Shown: positions 48,018-60,618 of the stretch, in pieces
How positions within the stretch are numbered: the first letter of the stretch is position 1
Layout: every line of letters starts with the position of its first letter
NCBI RefSeq assembly: GCF_963921235.1
Contig: NC_086108.1
Span: 115,694,001 to 115,758,000, forward strand
Direction of reading: 5' to 3'
Source of the DNA: Mobula hypostoma
Taxonomy: Eukaryota
Length of the DNA stretch: 64,000 nucleotides
Notes under the pieces: generated by a model
What the model was told of the DNA's origin: nothing
Seen by the model: only the letters and a program-made list of their open reading frames with translations
Database searches by the model: none
Translations under genes and position numbers: made by a program

Positions 48018-50663
48018 TAACAGTAACTCACCCACTTTTCTTCTTTCACACACTAAAATATCAAGCATACTGCTAGTGTCTTCCACAGTGAAGACTGATG
48101 CAAAATACTCATTTAGTTCATCAGCCATCTCCTTGTCCCCCATTATTACTTCTCCTGTCTCATTTTCTAGTGGTCCTATATCCACTCTCATTTCTCTTTT
48201 ATTTTTAACATACTTGAAAAAACTTTTACTATCCATTTTGATATTATTTACTAGCTTGCTTTCATATTTCATCTTTACCCTTCTAATGATTTTTTAGTTG
48301 CTCTCCGTAAGTTTTAAAAAACTTTCCAATCCTCTATCTTCCCACTTATTTTTGCTTTGCTGTATGCCCTTTTTTTTTGCTTTTACAATAGTTTTGACTT
48401 CCCTTGTCAGCCATTGTTGTACTACTTTACCATTTGAGCATTTCTTCATTTGTGGAATTTACATGTCCTGCACCTTCCTCATTTTTCCCAGAAACTCACA
48501 CCATTGCTGCTCTGTTGACATCCCTGCCAGCAGCTCCTTCCAATCTCCTTTGGCCACCTCCTCTCTCATACCACTGTAATTTCCCTTACTCCACTGAAAT
48601 ACTGCTATGTCAGACTTTGCTTTCTCCCTATCAAATTTCAAGTTGAACTCAATCATATTGTGATCACTGGTTCCTAAGAGTTCTTTTACCTTAAGCTCCC
48701 CAATCGCATCCAGTTCATTACATGACACCCAATCCAGTATAGCTGATCCCCTAGTAGGCTCAACAAGATACTGCTCTAAAAAGCCATCTCTTAGGCATTC
48801 AACAAACTCACTCTCTTGAGATCCATTACCAGCCTAATTTTCCCAGTCGACCTGCATGTTGAAATCTCGCATGACTACCATAACATTGCCCTTTTGATTT
48901 GCCTTTTCTATTTCCTGTTGTAACCTGTGGTCCACCTCCCAGCCACTGTTGGGAGTTCTGTATATAAATGCCATCCATGTCCTTTTTTATCCTTGCAGTT
49001 TCTTAACTCAACCCACAAGGTTTCAACATCTTCTGTCCTATGTCATATCTTTCTACTGATTTGATGCCATTCTTTACCAGTAGAGACACACCACCCCCCC
49101 TGCCTACCTTCCTATCCCTCCGATATAACGTGTAATCTTGGACATTTAGCTCCCAACTACAACCATCCTTCAGCCATGATTCAGTGATGGTCACAATGTC
49201 AAAACAGCCAATCTGTAATATTGCAACAAGATCATCCACCCTATTTCTTATACTATGCACATTGAGATTTAACACTTTGACTGCTGTATTTGCTACCCTT
49301 TCTGATCCTGCATCCCCAATGTTTTGATACTCAGCCTGTTGGCTGCAGCTGAGTCCCATCACCTGCCTGCCCTTCCTGACAATCTGACTGCATACCATCT
49401 TTACTCTTTTACTATCTGTCCTATCCTGAGTCCCTTCACTCCAGTTCCCAACCCCCTGCCAAATTATTTTAAACCCTCCCCAACAGCTCTTACAAACCTG
49501 CCGATGAGAATATTGGTCCCCCTCGGGTTCAGGTGCAACCCCTCACTTTTCAACAGGTCGTACCTCCATCAGAATAGAACCCACTGATCCAAGAACCTGA
49601 AGCCCTGCTCCCTGCACCAGCTTCTCAGTCACACATTTACCTGCCAAATCATCCTGTTTCTACCCTCACTGGTGCATGGCACAGGCATCAATCCAGAAAT
49701 TACTACCTGGGAGTTCCTGCTTCTCAGCTTTCTACCTAGATCTCTAAATTCTCTTTACGGGACCTCGTTGCTTTTCCTTCCCATGTCATGGGTACCAATA
49801 TGTACCTGTTCTCCCTCCCTCTCCAAAATGTTGTGGATGCGATCTGAGACATCCCTGACCCTGGCACCTAGGTGGCAACATACCATCTGGGTATCCCATT
49901 AACATCCACAGAATCTCCTGTTTCTTCCCCTCACTATTGAGTCCCCTATTACTACCAGTCCTTTCTTCTTTCTCTTTCCCTTCTGCACCACGGACCCATG
50001 CTCAGTGCCTGTAATCCGGTCGCCATGCCATTCTCCCGAGAGGTCACCCCCACGAACATATCCAAAGCAATATACCTGTTTTTAAGGGGAATGGCCACAG
50101 GGCTGCTCTGTGAGTGTAAGAGGCTGCGGCATCAGTTCTAACCCTCCCCGGAAGGTAAAGAACTCAGCGTTGGAATAAAACAGATGAACGAGCTGATGAC
50201 AAATGTCCGGATGGAGATTCAAATCACAGTCAGGAAATGGAGAATGCGTGAGGCGAGAGAATGAGTTTAGTAGGGCAGTGCCGAGGGATGATCGACAGCA
50301 TCAATAAAGTCTCAAATGTTCTCAAACCAGCGCCAGTCCCAGTGAGTCCGATTTGCCGACATTTCTCTGTAACTGAACAGGGGACAATCCTGTGTAACTG
50401 GTTGGATGAGGCATTGGTCCATCCATCTGTTGAGACTGGAATTCAGCTCTTCCTCAATTCATTCTGACTTCAGTTCTGTGGATGGCAATCAGGCCATCGG
50501 GTGACAAGGTGGATTGGGGTGTGTGGCTGCACTTGTAAAGAGCGGCACCGTACTCTAGTAGTTAGCACAATGCTTTACAGTCCTGGTGAGCAACCTTTGC
50601 GGTTCAATTCCTGCTGCAGCCTATGAGGGGTTTGTAGACCTCCCCATGACTGTGAGGGGTTTG

Positions 50664-52133
50664 ACATAGATATAGAATAGTACAGCACAGTACAGGCCCT
50701 TCGGCCCACAATGTTGTGCCGACCCTCAAACCCTGCCTCGCATTTAACTCCCCACCTTAAATTCCTCCATATACCTGTCTAATAGTCTCTTAAACTTCAC
50801 TAGTGTATCTGCCTCCACTACTGACTCAGGCAGTGCATTCCACGCACCAACCACTCTCTGAGTGAAAAACTTCCTCTAATATCCCCCTTGAACTTCCCAT
50901 CCCTTACCTTAAAGCCATGCCCTCTTGTATTGAGCAGTGGTGCCCTGAGGAAGAGGCACTGGCTATTCACTCTATCTATTCCTCTTATTATCTTGTACAC
51001 CTCTATCATGTCTCCTCTCATCCTCCTTCTCTCCAGAGAGTAAAACCCTAGCTCCCTTAATCGCTGATCTTAATCCGTACTCTCTAAACCAGGCAGCATC
51101 CTGGTAAATCTCCTCTGTACCCTTTCCAATGCTTCCACATCCTTCCTATAGTGAGGTGACCAGAACTGGACACAGTACTCCAAGTGTAGCCTAACCAGAG
51201 TTTTACAGAGCTGCATCATTACATCACGACTCTTAAACTCTATCCCTCGACTTATGAAAGCTAACACCCCATAAGCTTTCTTAACTACCCTATCTACCTG
51301 TGGCATCTGTGGACATGTACCCCCAGATCCCTCTGCTCCTCCACACTACCAGGTATCCTGCCATTTACTTTGTACTCTGCCTTGGAGTTTGTCCTTCCAA
51401 AGTGTACCACCTCACACTTCTCTGGGTTGAACTCCATCTGCCACTTCTCAGCCCACTTCTGCATCCTATCAATGTCTCTCTGCAATCTTTGACAATCCTC
51501 TACACTATCTACAGCACCACCAACCTTTGGTTCGTCTGCAAACTTGCCAACCCATCCTTCTACCCCTACATCCAGGTTGTTAATAAAAATCACGAAAAGT
51601 AGAGGTCCCAGAACAGATCCTTGTGGGACGCCACTAGTCACACACCTCCAATCTGAATGTACTCCCTCCACCACCACCCTCTGCCTTCTGCAGGCAAGCC
51701 AATTCTGAATCCACCTGGCCAAACTTCCCTGGATCCCATGCCTTCTGACTTTCTGAATAAGCCTACTGAGTGGAACCTTGTCAAATGCCTTACCAAACTC
51801 CATATAGATCACATGCACTGCACTACCCTCATCTATATGCCTGGTCACATCCTCAAAGTACTCGATCAGGCTTGTTAGACATGATCCGCCCTTCACAAAG
51901 CCGTGCTGACTGTCCCTGATCAGACCTGATTCTCTAAATGCCCATAGATCCTATCTCTAAGAATCTTTTCCAACAGCTTTCCCACCACAGACGTAAGGCT
52001 CACTGATCTATAATTACCTGGACTATCCCTACTACCTTTTCTGAACAAGGGGACACCATTCGCCTCCCTCCAATCCTCTGGTACCATTAACGTGGGCAAC
52101 GAGGACGTAAAGATCCTAGCCAGAGGCTCAGCA
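50664..52133 (-). mobile_element. CR1 LINE, 5'-truncated, same subfamily as 6512-10075
   Basis: ORFs 51294-51896 and 51070-51306 almost match 7127-8776 and 6585-7157. Confidence 0.95.
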
Positions 52134-52163
52134 ATAGTCCTCCCCATGAATGTGAGGGGTTTG

Positions 52164-53420
52164 TGTCACAATGGGGGGGGGGGCGTTGATAGCGGACCCA
52201 AATGCAAGACACAGACACTAAAGTACAAAGAACAGGACTTGATAGAGTAGGGACGTGACAGGATACAGACAAGGAGCAGGGACAAGAACACAGACTAGGG
52301 CTTGGACCCTGAGCCAGAGACTGGACAAGGACCCAGAACCTGGGTTTTTCCTTGGGCTCGGGACCCAGAACCAGGCATGGACATGATGTGACTGCAGGAT
52401 GGAAGGCTGGGGTCTGGAGGCTTGAGGCCTGCAGGCTGGAGTCTTGAGACTTGAGACCTGCAGGCTGGGGTCTTGAGATTTGAAAAGCGGAGGCTTGGGT
52501 ATGGATTCTGAGCCAGAAACTGGGCAAGAACCCAGAACCTGGGACTTGACATGGACTCGGACTCCAGAACTAGGCGAGGACAAGACGAGGCTACAGGACT
52601 GGACATGGCTTGGGTGAGGAACACCTGGGTAGGGCGAGACACAAGGACAGGTAAAGGCACATGGACAGGACTCGGATAGGACTGGACTTGCCACAGACTG
52701 GATGAGGGCCTTCAGGAGCACGGAGCCTTGGACTAGAAGAGACAGGAGCATGAAACACAGAGCTGGGATCCCTCCTTGAGAACAGGATGTAGGGCCAGGA
52801 CTCACATAACACAGAGCCAAGACCCCTCATTGGGAACAGGACGTAGGGCTGGGACTCACACACATAACACAGAGCCGAGACCCCTCATTGGGAACAGGAC
52901 GTAGGGCTGGGACTCACACACAGAACGCTGAACATGAAAGGATGGATCGCAACACAAGGTGGCGGCAAATGGCCAGACCCACCTGGCAAAGGCGTGGACA
53001 CAGAGACAGATCCCAACACTAGGTGGCGGCAAATGGCCAGACCTAGCTAGCGAAGGTGTGGACACAGAGAGACAATTTCACACAATGAAAGACAGTTCCT
53101 TATCTTGACCTAACCAGGCTCCAGTCTTGCTCTGGTGGTAAAACTTCAGCGATACAGATGGGGTATCCAGGCGAGGCAAGCAGGCAGAGAGTCAGCCGAG
53201 GTATCCAGGCAGAGAGTCAGGCGAGAGGGGGAAAAAGACAGGGAGGGGAACAGGACAATCCAGCAGGTAATCCCTGGTTTGCAGAGGTATTTATATCCCA
53301 GCCCCAAAACGACAAACATGTGCCCACAACAGAAACTGGGGAAAACCAGAAACCCCGGAACAAGGAACCATAGACCGGACCATGAACCAGAACATGAAGT
53401 TCATGGACCAGACCATGACT
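52164..53420 (-). mobile_element. Solo LTR (family A)
   Basis: TGTCACAAT...GACCATGACT, reverse complement of the 20002 LTR; flanks GTTTG / GTCTG; internal ~60-bp triplication at 52750-52920. Confidence 0.88.
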
Positions 53421-53960
53421 GTCTGTAGTCCTCCCCATGACCGTGAGGGGTTTGTAGTCCTCCCCATGACTGTGAGGGGTTTGTAGTCCTCCCCATGACG
53501 GTGAGGGGTTTATAGTCCTCTCCATGACTGTGAAGGGTTTGTAGTCCTCACCATGACTGTGAGGGGTTTGTAGTCCTTTCCATGACGGTGAGGGGTTTGT
53601 AGTCCTCCTCATGACTGTGTCGGTTTCTCCTGGTGCTCCTGATTCCTGACACATTCCAATGACTTACTGTACTAGTTAAGGTTAGTGAGTTGTGGGCATG
53701 CCATGTTGACACTGGAGGCTTGGTGACATTTGTCGGTTGGTTTCAGCACATCTTTGGACACTGTTGGTCATTAACACAATCAAAAGATTTCACTGTATGT
53801 TTTGATGCATCTGTGGCCCTAATGGCCACTGTATTACTTTCAGGAGAGGAAACCAGTGTAATCTTTGGCTGCAAGAACTCAGCCACATCAAGGTTCACAA
53901 TGTTCTGCATTAACAGATGCTCTTCTGCACACCAGAGGTTGTAATATTTGTACATATATT

Positions 53961-54570
53961 TTAGATTATGAGGACACTCAGTCCTCGTTTATTGTCATTT
54001 GGAAAATGCATGCATTAAAAAATGATACAACGTTCCTCCAGAATGATATCACAAGAAAACACAGGATAAACCAAGACTAAAACTGACAAAACTACATAAT
54101 TGTAACATATAGTTACAACAGTGCAAAGGAATACCATAATTTGATAAAGAGCAGACCATGGGCACGGTAAAAAAAAGTCTCAAAGTCCCGATAGACTTAT
54201 CATCTCATGTAGGCGGCAGAAGGGAGAAATTCTCCCTGCCATGAACCTCCAAGCGCCGCAAACTTGCCGATGCCGCGCCATTGGAAGCACCCGACCACAG
54301 CGGACTCTGAGTTCGTCGGAAAACTTCGAGCCTCCGACCAGCCCTCCGACACAGCCTCTCCGAGTACCATCCTCTGCCGAGCGCTTCGACCCCGCCCCGG
54401 CCACCGAGCAACAAGCAAAGCCGAGGACTCGGGGCCTTCTCCAGAGATTCTGGACCACACAGTAGCAGCAGTAGCAAAGCCGGCATTTCAGAAGTTTCAC
54501 CAAATGTTCCTTCGTGCTCTCACGTCTGTCTCCATCATATCAGGATTGTGCACGGCACCCTACTTGACAA
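53961..54570 (-). mobile_element. Unclassified non-LTR element 3' region
   Basis: TTAGATTATGAGGACACTCAGTCCTCGTTTATTGTCATT end shared with 57758-58181; CpG-rich body. Confidence 0.65.
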
Positions 54571-56061
54571 ATAATTTCAAGTGCTTCTATTTCCTTGTCA
54601 GCTTGAACCTTTATTGAATCAGGAGGCTGACTGTTGTAGCTGGTGAGAAAGATAATCGATGTACATAGTGAGGAGAATGACCAATGTAGGTAGTGAGTAG
54701 GATAATTGTTGAAGGTGTTGAGGAGGATGAACGTTATTGGTGGTGAGTGGAATAATAGTTGTATATGGTGAGGAGGTTGATCGATGTTGATGGTAAGGAG
54801 AATGATCAATCTTGAAGGTGAGGTGGATGATTCATGTTGATGGTGAGGAGATTGAACCCAGCTGTTGTTGAAGAAGATTATTGATGCCAAGGGTGAGGAT
54901 GATGATCGACGCAGATGGTGTCGAGAATAATCGATTTAGATGATGAGGAGGATTGTTGACATAGATGTGAGGAGGATTATCGATGTAGATGGTGAGGCAG
55001 GCAATCTACGTAGCTATTGAGGAGGACAATAATCAATGAAGATGCCGAGGAGGTTGAACTCAGTTGATGGTTAAGAGGATAATCGATGTAGATCGTGAGG
55101 ATGTTGAAGAGGAAGATCAATGCAGATGGTTAGGAGGATAATCGATGCGGATAGTGAGGATTTTTAAGAGGAAGATCGATGCAGATGCTGAGGATGTTGA
55201 GGAAGATCGATGCAGATGCTGAGGATGTTGAGGAAGATCGATGCATACGGTTAGGAGGATGATTAATGCAGATAGTGAGGATGATGATCGATGTAGACAG
55301 TGAGGCGGATGATCTATGTAGATGATCAGGAGGATGATCTATGTAGACAGTGAGAAGGATGATCGATATAGTGGGTGAGGAGGATGATCTATGTAGATGA
55401 GTAAAATGATTTATGTAGAGGGTGAGGAGAATGATCGATGTAGAGGGTAAGGCGGATGATCTATATACAGGGTGAGGATGATGATCAATGTAGAGGGTGA
55501 GGAGGAAGATCGATGTAAAGGGTGAGGAGAAAGTTCTATGTAGATAATGAGGATGAGTGATGTAGAAGGTGAGGAGGATAATCGATGGAGAAGGTGAGAA
55601 GGAAGATCTATGTAGAGGATGAGGAGTATGATCTAAGCAGAAGATGAGGATGATATAAGAGGAGGAAGATGACCGATGCAGAGTGTGAGGAGGATGATTG
55701 ATGTAGAGGTTGAGGAGGGTGATCGATGTGGATAGTGAGGAGGATAATTGATGTAGATGCTGAGAAGGATGATCTGTGTAGATGCTAAGGAGGATGATCT
55801 ATGTAGATGATGAGGAAGATGATCAGTGTGGAGGATGGGGATGATGATCGATGTACAGAGTGAGGAGAATGATTGATGTAGATAGTAAGGAGGATGATCG
55901 ATGTTGAGGGTGAGGAGGATGATCTATGTAGAGGGTGAAGAGTATGATCTCTGTAGAAGATGAGGAGGATGATCGATGCAGAGGGTGATGTGGATGATCG
56001 ATGTGGAGGGTGGGAGGATTGTTGATGTAGAGATCGATGTAGATAAAAAGGAGGATGATTG

Positions 56062-56785
56062 AAGCTTTAAGTTCCTCGGGGTCAATATCACAAATGACCT
56101 GACCTGGTCCAACCAAGCAGAGTTCACTGCCAAGAAGGCCCACCAACGCCTTTACTTCCTGAGAAAACTAAAGAAATTTGGCCTATCCCCTAAAACCCTC
56201 ACTAATTTTTATAGAAGCACCGTAGAAAGCATTCTTCTAGGGTGCATCACAAGCTGGTATGGAAGTTGTTCTGTCCAAGACCGAAAGAAGCTGCAGAAGA
56301 TCGTGAACTTGGCGCAGCACATCACACAAACCAATCTTCTGTCCGTGGACTCACTTTACACTGCATGCTGTCGGAGCAGTCCTGCCAGGATAATCAAGGA
56401 CACGACCCACCTAGCCAACAGACTTTTCGTCCCTCTTCCCTCCGGGAGAAGGCTCAGGAGCTTGAAGTCTTGTACGGCCAGATTTGGGAACAGCTTCCTT
56501 CCAACTGTGATAAAACTGCTGAACGGATCCTGACCCGGATCTGAGCCGTACCATCCAAATATCCGGACCTGCCTCTCGGTTTTTTTGCACTACCTTACTT
56601 TCCATTTTTCTATTTTCTATTTATGATTTATAATTAAAATTTTTAATATTTACTAATTTTAACTATTTTTAATATCTTTAATATTTAATATTTGTAATCC
56701 AGGGAGTGTGAAGCGCAGAATCAAATATCACTGTGATGATTGTACGTTCTAGTACCAACTGTTTGGCGACAATAAAGTATAAGGT
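56062..56785 (+). mobile_element. Rex/Babar-like LINE 3' fragment inserted in the minisatellite
   Basis: FKFLGVNITNDLTWS...AKKAHQRLYFLRKLKKFGLSPKTLTNFYR...PSGRRLRSL; AATAAAGTATAA tail. Confidence 0.88.
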
Positions 56786-57757
56786 ATGTAGTTTCTTTGG
56801 AAGATGATTGATGTAGAAGGTGACAATGATGATCAAAGTAGAAAATAGGCATAATGATGCATGTAGATAGTGAGGAGGAGGATCAATGTAGCTGATGTGT
56901 AAAATGATCAATGTAGAGGGTGCGGTGGATGATCTATGTAGGGGCTGAGGAGGATGATCTATGTCGAGGATTTGGAGGATGATCGATGTGTATGGTGAGG
57001 AGGATGATGGATACATATAGTGAGGCAGATGATCTATGTGAGGGCGCGGAGGATGATCGATGTAGAGGGTGAGGGGGATGATCTATATAGATAGTGTGGA
57101 GGATGATCTATGAAGAAGATGAGGATGATCTATGTAGCGGATGAGGAGGATGATTAATGCAGAGGGTGAGGTGGGTGATCGATGTAGAGGGTGAGGGGGA
57201 TGATCTATATAGATAGTGTGGAGGATGATCCATGAAGAGGATGAGGATGATGATCTATGTAGTGGATGAGGAGGATGATTAATGCAGAGGGTGAGGTGGA
57301 TGATCGATGTAGAGGGTGAGGAGTATTGTGGATGTAGAAGTTGAGGAGTATGATCGATGTAGATAGCGAGGAAGCTGACCGATGTAGATAGTAAGGACAT
57401 GATCGATGTAAATGGTGAGGAGGATGATGTAGATGGTGAGTTGGATGATCTATGTAGCTGATGTGTAAAATGATCAATGTAGAGGATGAGGCGTATGATC
57501 TATGAAGAGGGTGAAGATGATCTATGTAGGGGCTGAGGAGGATGATGATTAATGCAGATGGTGAGGTGGATGATTGATGTAGAGAGTGAGGAGTATTGTG
57601 GATGTAGAAGTTGAGTATGATCGATGTAAATAGCGAGGAAGATGATCGATGTAGATAGTGAGGAGCATGATCGATGTGGATGGTGAAAAGAATGATCGAT
57701 GTAGATAGTGACGATGGTGATCGATGTAGAGGATGAGGAGGATGATCTATTTAGGGG

Positions 57758-58181
57758 ATTAGATTAGATTATGAGGACACTCAGTCCTCGTTTATTGTCA
57801 TTCAAAAATGCATGCATGCATTAAGAAATGATACAATGTTCCTCCAAAGTGATATCACACACAAAAAAAGGACAAACTGAAGACTAACACTGACAAGACC
57901 ACAATTATAACATATAGTTACAGCAGTGCAAAGCAATACCGTAATTTGATAAAGAGCAGACCATGGGCATGGTAAAAAAAAGTCTCAAAGTTCCGATTGA
58001 CTCCAGATAGTCCCCGATAGCAGGTGGCAGAAGGGAGAAACTCTCTTTGCCATAAACCTCCAGGCACCGACAACTGTCTATGCATTGGAAGCACCCGACC
58101 ACAGCCAACCCTGAGTCCGTCCGAAAACTTCGGGCCTCTGACCAGCCCTCCGACACTGAGCACCGAGCACCATCTCTGCCA
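57758..58181 (-). mobile_element. Second copy of the unclassified non-LTR element
   Basis: Homologous to 53961-54380; (ATTAG)n tail. Confidence 0.7.
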
Positions 58182-58476
58182 AGGATGAGGAGGATGGTAT
58201 ATTTAGAGGATGAGGAGGATGACCGATGCAGAGGCTGAGGAGGCTGATCGATGTCGAGGTTGAGTCGGATGATCTATGTAAATGATGAGGAAGATGACCT
58301 ATACGGAGGGTGAGGAGGATGACTGATGCAGAGGGTGAGGAGGCTGATCGATGTCGAGGGTGAGGATGATTATCGATGTAGAGGATGAGGAGTATGATCA
58401 ATGTAGATAGTGAGGAGGATGACTGATGTAGATGCTGAGGAGGATGATCGATGTAGAGGCTGAGGATGATGATCTA

Positions 58477-60618
58477 AAGGATGATGCATTTAAAGATTGC
58501 ATGGACGAACTACAACAATTGTTCATCCCAGTTTGGCAAAAGAATAAATCAAGGAAGGTAGTGCACCTGTGGCTGATAAGAGAAATTAGGGATAGTATCA
58601 ATTCCAAAGAAGAAGCATACAAATTAGCCAGAAAAAGTGGCTCACCTGAGGACTGGGAGAAATTCAGAGTTCAGCAGAGGAGGACAAAGGGCTTAATTAG
58701 GAAGGGGAAAAAAGATTATGAGAGAAAACTGGCAGGGAACATAAAAACGGACTGTAAAAGCTTTTATAGATATGTAAAAAGGAAAAGACTGGTAAAGACA
58801 AATGTAGGTCCCCTGCAGACAGAAACAGGTGAATTGATTATGGGGAGCAAGGACATGGCAGACCAATTGAATAATTACTTTGCTTCTGTCTTCACTAAGG
58901 AGGACATAAATAATCTTCCAGAAATAGAAGAGGACAGAGGGTCCAGTGAGATGGAGGAACTGAGCGAAATACATGTTAGTAGGGAAGTGGTGTTAGGTAA
59001 ATTGAAGGGATTAAAGGCAGATAAATCCCCAGGGCCAGATGGTCTGCATCCCAGAGTGCTTAAGGAAGTAGCCCAAGAAATAGTGGATGCATTAGTGATA
59101 ATTTTTCAAAACTCGTTAGATTCTGGACTAGTTCCTGAGGATTGGAGGGTGGCTAATGTAACCCCACTTTTTAAAAAAGGAGGGAGAGAGAAACCGGGGA
59201 ATTATAGACCGGTTAGCCTAACGTCGGTGGTAGGGAAACTGCTGGAGTCAGTTATCAAAGATGTGATAACAGCACATTTGGAAAGCAGTGAAATCATCGG
59301 ACAAAGTCAGCATGGACTTGTGAAAGGAAAATCATGTCTGACGAATCTCATAGAATTTTTTGAGGATGTAACTAGTAGAGTGGATAGGGGAGAACCAGTG
59401 GATGTGGTATATTTGGATTTTCAAAAGGCTTTTGACAAAGTCCCACACAGGAGATTAGTGTGCAAACTTAAAGCACACGGTATTGGGGGTAAGGTATTGA
59501 TGTGGATAGAGAATTGGTTAGCAAACAGGAAGCAAAGAGTGGGAATAAACGGGACCTTTTCAGAATGGTAGGCAGTGACTAGTGGGGTACCGCAAGGCTC
59601 AGTGCTGGGACCCCAGTTGTTTACAATATATATTAATGACTTGGATGAGGGAATTAAATGCAGCATCTCCAAGTTTGCGGATGGCACGAAGCTGGGCGGC
59701 AATGTTAGCTGTGAGGAGGATGCTAAGAGGATGCAGGGTGACTTGGATAGGTTAGGTGAGTGGGCAAATTCATGGCAGATGCAATTTAATGTGGATAAAT
59801 GTGAAGTTATCCACTTTGGCGGCAAAAATAGGAAAACAGATTATTATCTGAATGGTGGCCGATTAGGAAAAGGGGAGGTGCAACGAGACCTGGGTGTCAT
59901 TATACACCAGTCATTGAAAGTGGGCATGCAGGTACAGCAGGTGGTGAAAAAGGCGAATGGTATGCTGGCATTTATAGCGAGAGGATTCGAGTACAGGAGC
60001 AGGGAGGTACTACTGCAGTTGTACAAGGCCTTGGTGAGACCACACCTGGAGAATTGTGTGCAGTTTTGGTCCCCTAATCTGAGGAAAGACATCCTTGCCA
60101 TAGAGGGAGTACAAAGAAGGTTCACCAGATTGATTCCTGGGATGGCAGGACTTTCATATGAAGAAAGACTGGATGAACTAGGCTTGTACTCGTTGGAATT
60201 TAAAAGATTGGGGGGGGATCTGATTGAAACGTATAAAATCCTAAAGGGATTGGACAGGCTAGATGCAGGAAGATTGTTCCCGATGTTGGCGAAGTCCAGA
60301 ACGAGGGGTCACAGTTTGAGGATAAGGGGGAAGCCTTTTAGGACTGAGATCAGGAAAAACTTCTTCACACAGAGAGTGGTGAATCTGTGGAATTCTCTGC
60401 CACAGGAAACAGTTGAGGCCAGTTCATTGGCTATATTTAAGAGGGAGTTAAATATGGCCCTTGTGGCTACGGGGATCAGTGGGTATGGAGGAAAGGCTGG
60501 TGCAGGGTTCTGAGTTGAATGATCAGCCATGATCATAATAAATGGCGGTGCAGGCTCGAAGGGCCAAATGGCCTACTCCTGCACCTATTTTCTATGTTTT
60601 CTATGTTTCTATGTTTCT
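58477..60618 (+). mobile_element. Young 5'-truncated CR1; ORF2 RT open except one in-frame TAG at 59569-59571
   Basis: ORFs 58432-59571 and 59575-60513 are in frame; KFADGTK at the catalytic motif; (TTTCTATG)n tail. Confidence 0.95.

Larger units (their letters stand above)
42146..50110 (-). mobile_element. CR1 LINE, full length but split into segments 42146-43648, ~45647-45710 and 48018-50110
   Basis: Tail GACCATAAGATATAGGAGCAG; RT YLDFPKAFDKV; segments join colinearly when compared with the copy at 12520-12620; endonuclease LNLNVHSIRNRVDDL and ORF1 remnant at 49500-50110. Confidence 0.88.
50541..53815 (+). mobile_element. tRNA-derived V-SINE-like element with internal 29-bp tandem expansion, split by CR1 and LTR insertions
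   Basis: Head with A/B-box-like TAGTAGTTAGC and GGTTCAATTCC; unit GTAGTCCTCCCCATGACTGTGAGGGGTTT at 50625-50662, 52134-52163 and 53425-53620; body continues GGTTTCTCCTGGTGCTCCTGATTCCTGACACATTCCAA. Confidence 0.75.

Noticed and set aside
50110..50520. Unique segment with short ORFs and a possible acceptor; similar case at 53820-53960
   Set aside because: No consistent acceptor/donor/frame combination and no recognisable peptide.
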